Positions 57,623 through 64,000 of a stretch of 64,000 nucleotides of DNA are shown one piece after another. The stretch covers positions 258,064,689 through 258,128,688 of the forward strand of contig NC_085841.1 of NCBI RefSeq assembly GCF_035594765.1, given 5' to 3'. A program made the position numbers and the translations under genes. This DNA is from Anolis carolinensis. Taxonomy: Eukaryota. The notes below the pieces were generated by a model. That model had not been told where the DNA came from, searched no databases, and saw nothing but the letters and a program-made list of their open reading frames with translations. How positions within the stretch are numbered: position 1 is the stretch's first letter; every line of letters begins with the position of its first letter.

Positions 57623-60600
57623 CTTTATTCTTTTACTACGAAGGGACTTGGGGCAAGTGCCTAAAATAGAGCATAAAATAAACACACAATACAATACAGT
57701 AAAGTAAAACATATAGCAAATAAAATAGTTAAAACTCATAGCAATGCCCAAAACCCATGTGTCAGAACCTGGAAACTCTTGGTATAAAAGCACACTCACA
57801 AAGGCAAATCCTTGGATACAACTTTATTTCCGGCTTACCATTGATAATAGAAAGACAGCTCTGAAGACTTCCCATCAACTCCAGTGTATTTCATTCTACT
57901 AACCCCTGTCCCCTCCCACTAGCTAAATTCCATTCCCACCAGCACTATCCTACAGTTTCGTTTCTTCCCAGTCCAGATGGTCCTTACTTTATCGCATATG
58001 TGGTCACATCCATTCTCTCAGCCTCCCCCTCTTCATAACCATGTCACAGGGAGCAGCTCGTTTTAACCTGGTACGGACATCCTGACACTATGGTAACAAC
58101 TATCATAGGACATGGCCAGACTGTAGGCAAGATAAGGGAATGGGATAGTGCAAATTGTAGCTACAGGGACAAGGGCATGGAATGAAAGTGCAGTGCTGTG
58201 TCATTGATTGCGGACCATTGGGGCTAGACATTCTCAAAGGCTTGTTTAAACATCCAAGTCTTCAAATCTCTATGGAAGGAGGACAGTGTGGGAGCCTGCC
58301 TAATCTCCCAGGGGAGGGTGTTCCAAAGCTGGGAGGGCACCACCAAGAAAGCCCTCCCCCTCGTCTCCACCAACCATGCTTGTGATGGTGGCAGGACCAA
58401 GAGGAGGGCCTCCCTGGGAGTTCTTAATGCTCATGCAGGTACATAGAGGGGGATGGAGTCATGAAGATAGGTGGGAACGAACCGTTTAGGTCTTTATTGG
58501 CCAATGACAACCTGAACGACCTCCAAGGGAAGCTACCATCAAGACCCACATCATCTGGCATCACTGTGTCCCCCTGTCCCCGCCCCCAAATCCCTGCCTT
58601 TGGACCATATGGATAAAGTGTGCCAGGAGTTCACTCATCCCCAGCCCTGTTTCCCTGTGGAAGCAGCACCACCAAAGTCTTGAAGAAACCCATCCTTCTT
58701 CAAGTGGGGATTCATCTTCATAGCCCTTCTGACATACACCAAAATGACAAAAGGTTATTAAGAGGCTCAGTTTCTACGGTTCTTTCCTGTCGCTTCACCT
58801 ACACATACACACACAACTTTTGCTCACCCCCTCCCCCATTTATGATAAAACACTTTGCTGTGCCTTCATTTTCTCTCCCTGCTTTTTAAAAATTGGTTTC
58901 TTTTGATTTCCCTCAAAAGTCCAGGAATCTGAGGCTATATTTCAAAGGGAGGAATTGACAAAGCCACCTCTGAATATTCTTTGCCTAAGAAAGCCCTATG
59001 AAATCCATAGGATCGCCTTATGCCTTTGAGTTTTCTGGTGGAGAGAAAAAGCAGGATATAAATAAACAAAATAAATAAAGTGACATACACACAATTGGAT
59101 ATTTATTGATCACTGCTTAGCAAATACATTGTTAACAAAATGGTACTAATGCTTTAGTTAAAACTGTTTTTTAAAAAGAGCATTATAATCTAGTCCTGTC
59201 TGTAACCCAAAACGTCTTAAACTTTCCCAATAGTGACCACTTTCAGCCTTAGAAATTTTTATAAAATAAGTATAAAATCAGACGCTTACTGATGACAAAT
59301 CGGCACTTGCAAGGCTTGCTAAACAGGAACCCTCCGTTTAAGAAGCACTAAAGTAGAGCACTTTGTTGCTGAAAATACCTGGCTATTTTCATGGAAAAGA
59401 CCTTGTTTTTCTCAAGCAAAGTCTCTGAAAATACAGCTAGTATTGTCTTAATTTTGTATTGGTCCTCTTTTTTTGTGCATCAGGTGCTGTTTTTTGCTCT
59501 TATTCCTTTTATACAAAATATTCCTGTTCTGTTCTTGAGCTTCAGCATATCTCCAACAAATGAGGTCAATTTTACAATCACTTTGCAAATTTGGTTCTTA
59601 ATGGCATATTAGAATGTAGAGATTAGGCTTTATTAGGTATGTTGTTTGTCTGTAGTTTGATCAGTTTCCTGGCTGTAGGCATATGTTTATCAATTTCATT
59701 TATTTTGGTTCTTATTGTGTTCCCCAGTCTTTTTGCTAAAGAGAATCTGAATCAAATGAGTGAGAAGCAGCTGGATCTTTATGATCGCCTGATTAATGAG
59801 CCCAGCAATGACTGGGATATCTACTACTGGGCAACAGGTAAGGCGGAATGGTACTTTTTCTGATCATTAGATTCTTGTGATATTTCCTATCTCATGAAGT
59901 ATTATTTTTCATAATACAGTACTTCAGTTGTAGCTGTCAGTACATACAATACTTTTGTCTCTATTTCTTATTTGTAAACATGTTTTGAGGGTTGGGGATA
60001 AAAGGTAGGAAAGTCCATACGTTTTTATCCATATGGTGTTGGTAGTGGCAATTAATTGTGCCCTTTAATTGTCAGTAAGTTCAGACTTTGAATTGTAGTA
60101 AACTCTCAGTGTTCAAGGGTTTCTTCAGGTTTCTTCAGACTTCAAGCAGATTAACTGAAATAAAAAAAGAACTGAAGTCAGTGATGACTAATTTGACCTA
60201 TTGATTTGAGTAGATATACTACTGAAGCCTAATGGAGTTTACATTTAGTTTTACAAAAAGGTGTAAGCAGGCCCCATTCCGTTTAGTGATACTTCCTCAT
60301 AAACATACATAAGAAAGGTTGGTAACTATAGTTAGTGTTGATGATAACCAACAGTATCTTCCAAGAAACATTCCCGAATGGTTAAAGACCTGCTGTTATT
60401 TGACCTGTGTAATGTTAACTGTTAATGATGTTTTTATTGTGAATGTATTTTTATTTTGTTTATTGGGGAAATTTGGGCTTGGCCCCATGTTAATCACCCC
60501 GAGTCCCTGTGGGGAGATGGAGGCGGGGTATAAAAATAAAGTTGTTGTTGTTATTATTATTTATTAATTTAGTACCCTCCCTTTTTCTATGTGCAACCTC

Positions 60601-61255
60601 ACAGAACTGGTATTATCTAAAAGAGTATTTGAAATATTAATATTCTTTAGCACAGTGGTTCCCAACCTTTTTTTGATTAGGGCCCACTTTGACCAGGGAT
60701 CACTCTCCAACATTAGTACTAAAAGTTACGAATCAGGTTTTGGTCTACTTTGAATTTTGTTTGGTTATTTGGTGTGATGATTCAGGAAATTGCATTGGAT
60801 AGGCCACATCTGTTCTAGTTTCTGATACAGAACATATGCCATCCAGTAGTCACTATCTGCTTGCCCACAGAAAACCATATTTAATAATCTAGATCTTATG
60901 TGGTCTATCCAATGCAATGGTCAGCTCTGTGGAAAGGAGTGGAAACAAAATAAAATAAATAAAGAGGAAGGAGGTTCACAGACCGGATTTTCCTTCTTGC
61001 TGCCCACTGCTGGGCCGTGGCCTACAGGTTGAAAGCCACTGCTTTAGTAAAATAAATAGAGAATCTACAATAACTGGTAACAGAGCTGACAATGTTGTGT
61101 GTTTGTTTTCCTTTCTTCCCACAGAAGCAAAGCCTGCTCCAAAAGTCTTTGAGAATGAAGTGATGGAGATGCTTATAGAATTTACCAAAAACAAGAACAG
61201 AGAGAAGAGATTGCGACAGCCAGATCTAGAGTACCTTGTTGAAACCCCGCCCTGA
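56827..61255 (+). CDS. SDHAF2: Succinate dehydrogenase assembly factor 2 (SDH5 family), 159 aa; coding exons 56827-56847, 56938-57155, 59728-59837, 61125-61255
   Basis: [27 protein letters not shown]...[25 protein letters not shown]...[10 protein letters not shown], with the RGxxE motif. Total 480 nt, GT-AG junctions, AATAAA at 61399-61404. Confidence 0.97.
57582..57622. repeat. (ATT)n microsatellite
   Basis: Read directly from the sequence. Confidence 0.95.
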
Positions 61256-63452
61256 TCTTGGGTGTTTTTCTCTAGAAGGGCAATTCTGGACTTCTTTGAC
61301 ACCAAGAAGCTCAAAACATTAGTACTTGCACCTCTCTTAGTGCTCTGCCTCCTGTGGATTGTTTTATTTAGCAATTGTTCTCCATGTTTTGCTTCCCTAA
61401 TAAAATTTCAGTTTTTTCTCCTAAAAATTTAGAATACCTCTCAGCAGAAACATTACTGATAAGGGAGTCTTGCTTTTGATTCATAATACATTTGAAGAAT
61501 GACATCTGTAACTACAGGTTAATTAATATGATCAGATTAGTTTAGAAATGCTTGTGTTATGAAAATTATAGTTGGCCCTCCACATTTGCGAGTGTAACTT
61601 TTCCGAATTTGGTTATTTGTGGATTTGATTAATACGTTATATCTATAAATTTCTAGGTCCTCCAGCACAATTCTGTGAATTACTTGTAGCATGCTAGAAG
61701 ACTTAGAGATTCATAGAGAGGTGTTACATCAGGTAAAATAGCCTTTTAAAAAATTTAAAGCTTTCCCATTTTAATGGGGGTCCTGTTCCCCTAACCGTAG
61801 CAGATGTGGGTAGCCCACTTACAGCATACCAAATTCCAGTTTTCCTTGGTTAATTTAATACTGTATCAAGAAGGTGTTTTCCCAAAAAGTAGCAACAAAT
61901 GCGAATTATGTGTTTCTGGAAGTCTTGTGAATCTTTCTAGTTTAAATATATTTTAAATTATGAGACATGATTTGTTCAATTAAGAGGAGACCAAGGCTCT
62001 CCTGCTTTTAAGTGCCTTTCAGAATGTCAGGCCATATTGAAAAAAGGTGTTTGAATATTTCTTAATATGAAACTCTTCAATAACTTCTCTCCTAATTATA
62101 TTCTAAATTGGTTTCTGTGGTATATTATATTGTATATCATACAAAATTGATATAACATTACTTGGGGTAAGCTGCAATTAACTCATTTGCAATTCTTTTG
62201 TGTGATACTCATATGGTACCAAGTTCTTGAATAATAAACTATTCCCTTTCACCCAAATTATTTCCCATTTTTTTCCTCTTGGGTTGGTTCTCCTTTTCCT
62301 CTTTCTATTCTGATTTTTGCCCATCCATTCTTCAATGGATTTGGTCACACACTTTGAGAGGTTTACCAAATTTGAACAAAAAGGTAAAGCTACCAAAATG
62401 TATGTCCTACTCTCTATATTTCTGATAAACCCTTTCCCCACGTGGTCAGACAGAGAAATCTTGTCAATCTCTAAAATATATTCCTTTTTTGTATACGTCA
62501 GTGAGTTTAGTTAGAGCTACGATTCATTCAAGATGAGTGCTAATATCACTTTTCCTTTTAATGCAAGTTTAAAAGGCATGGCCTCGTATCAAGGTAACAT
62601 GACTGTAGAACATAGTGGAGTAGTTAGAAGTGTGATCTTTTAAATTAGCGATGCTATGAATTAAAATTGGGACTCCAGGCTCCTGTGTGCAAAACCCATG
62701 CTCTACCACTAACCTTTGAAGTGCACACATCTTACTTGGGGTTGTGGAAGCAGAAAATATTTGGGTTCACAGAAAAGTTTTCTGGTGTACACATGAGTTG
62801 GGTTCCAAACATTTGTGGCTAAGAATTTTCTACTCTGAATTCACCAAGTAATTTTTATAGCTTTCCATTTATTTACTGTGTATCATTGCCGTCTAATTCA
62901 GCACTTCCCAGTCTGCTTAAAGTTTAAGGCCAGCATTTTTTTTCTCTTTAAAATTCTGGGGACTCTGACCATATTTCTTCCCATTGGCTTCAGCTGTTTT
63001 CCCTTTTCTGAATACAGTACTTGTGTTCAGCATCTGTCCAGGAACCACCACAGTGAGTTACACGGCTCTAACTAAAATACTTCTTATTAAAATTTAACAA
63101 GATTTTTGCAGAGTGAGTAGTGTATGTTGATGGTATGGAAAGAAACAAGATGCAGGTGTATGCCAATTTGAATGGAGGAGTTGAGAGATAAAATCCCATG
63201 CTTTTGACCATCTTTCCCAGTCTTATTGACACATGTTGACTATCTACCGTTCCTATGCAACAATCATATGAGTTATGTAGTCCATGAGAGTGCAGGGGAA
63301 TTTTTTTCAACCAAAGACTTTAAAAGAATTAAAAGAGCTCTTAAAAGAACCAGTAACCAAATGTGCTTTTTAAGGTGAGCTGCAAGAACTTCCCTGTTAT
63401 CCTCAGTAAATCCCATAGTCTTGCTGCATACTTATGGCTTCATCAGTAACTT

Positions 63453-63708
63453 GGAGTCCCTGGTGGCACAGTGGGTTAAACCCTTGTGCCGGCAGGACGG
63501 CTAACTGATAGGTTGGCGGTTCGAATCTGGGGAGTGTGGGTGAGCTCCCTCTGTCAACTCCAGCTCCCCATGCAGGGACATGAGAGAAGCCTCCCACAAG
63601 GATGGTAAAACTTCTGGACGTCCCTTGGGCAATGTCCTTGCAGATGGCCAATTCTCTTACACCAGAAGCGACTTGCAGTTTCTCAAATTGCTCCTGACAC
63701 ACACAAAA
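63453..63708 (+). mobile_element. tRNA-head SINE (second family)
   Basis: GGTGGCACAGTGG / GGTTCGAATC boxes and the same body and tail as 2370-2647. Confidence 0.8.
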
Positions 63709-64000
63709 GATCAATAACTTAAACACCAGTAACCAATTTAATGATTTAAATTATTCATGTTCATGATAGTAAATTAATTTTTAAATTTCCAATGAGCGAC
63801 ATCACATTTTAAAAAAAATACACATTTTACTGTTGCAATCTAAATTTCATATTCCAAAGACTATGAAGACAAACTCAACTTACTATATAAATCTTATAGT
63901 CTAAAACTAAAATTCATTCCTGTATAACAAAAAATAAGAAATATAAGTTAACCTCTCATCTTTCACCCAAAAGATGTAGAGTTATTATCTTGCTATCATC

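Overview
This is vertebrate nuclear DNA from a squamate reptile. Sauria SINEs, Penelope elements and CR1/L2 fragments point to an Anolis-like lizard. I spliced five intact multi-exon genes by hand, all with GT-AG junctions and consistent phases: TMEM138 (+, 162 aa), TMEM216 (+, 141 aa), a 7-exon fascin-family gene (-, 494 aa), CPSF7 (-, 465 aa) and SDHAF2 (+, 159 aa). The order matches the human 11q12 block except for the fascin gene, which has no counterpart that I know of at the human locus. Main findings: (1) a solo LTR in the last CPSF7 intron encodes an acidic peptide with DIFAAPSDEESFEGF, close to the LEDGF/p75-binding motif of JPO2/CDCA7L, suggesting a retroelement that tethers to host elongation or chromatin factors; (2) the extra fascin paralogue lacks both known regulatory serines and has an RFX X-box-like promoter, like its ciliary neighbours; (3) a second solo LTR has tandem tRNA-Leu primer-binding sites inside it, one of which duplicates the TMEM138 last splice acceptor over 17 nt; (4) a perfect 210-bp Penelope palindrome carries hammerhead ribozymes. 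Comparisons with human proteins and tRNAs are from memory and need confirmation by alignment. There is one assembly gap (23593-23724).
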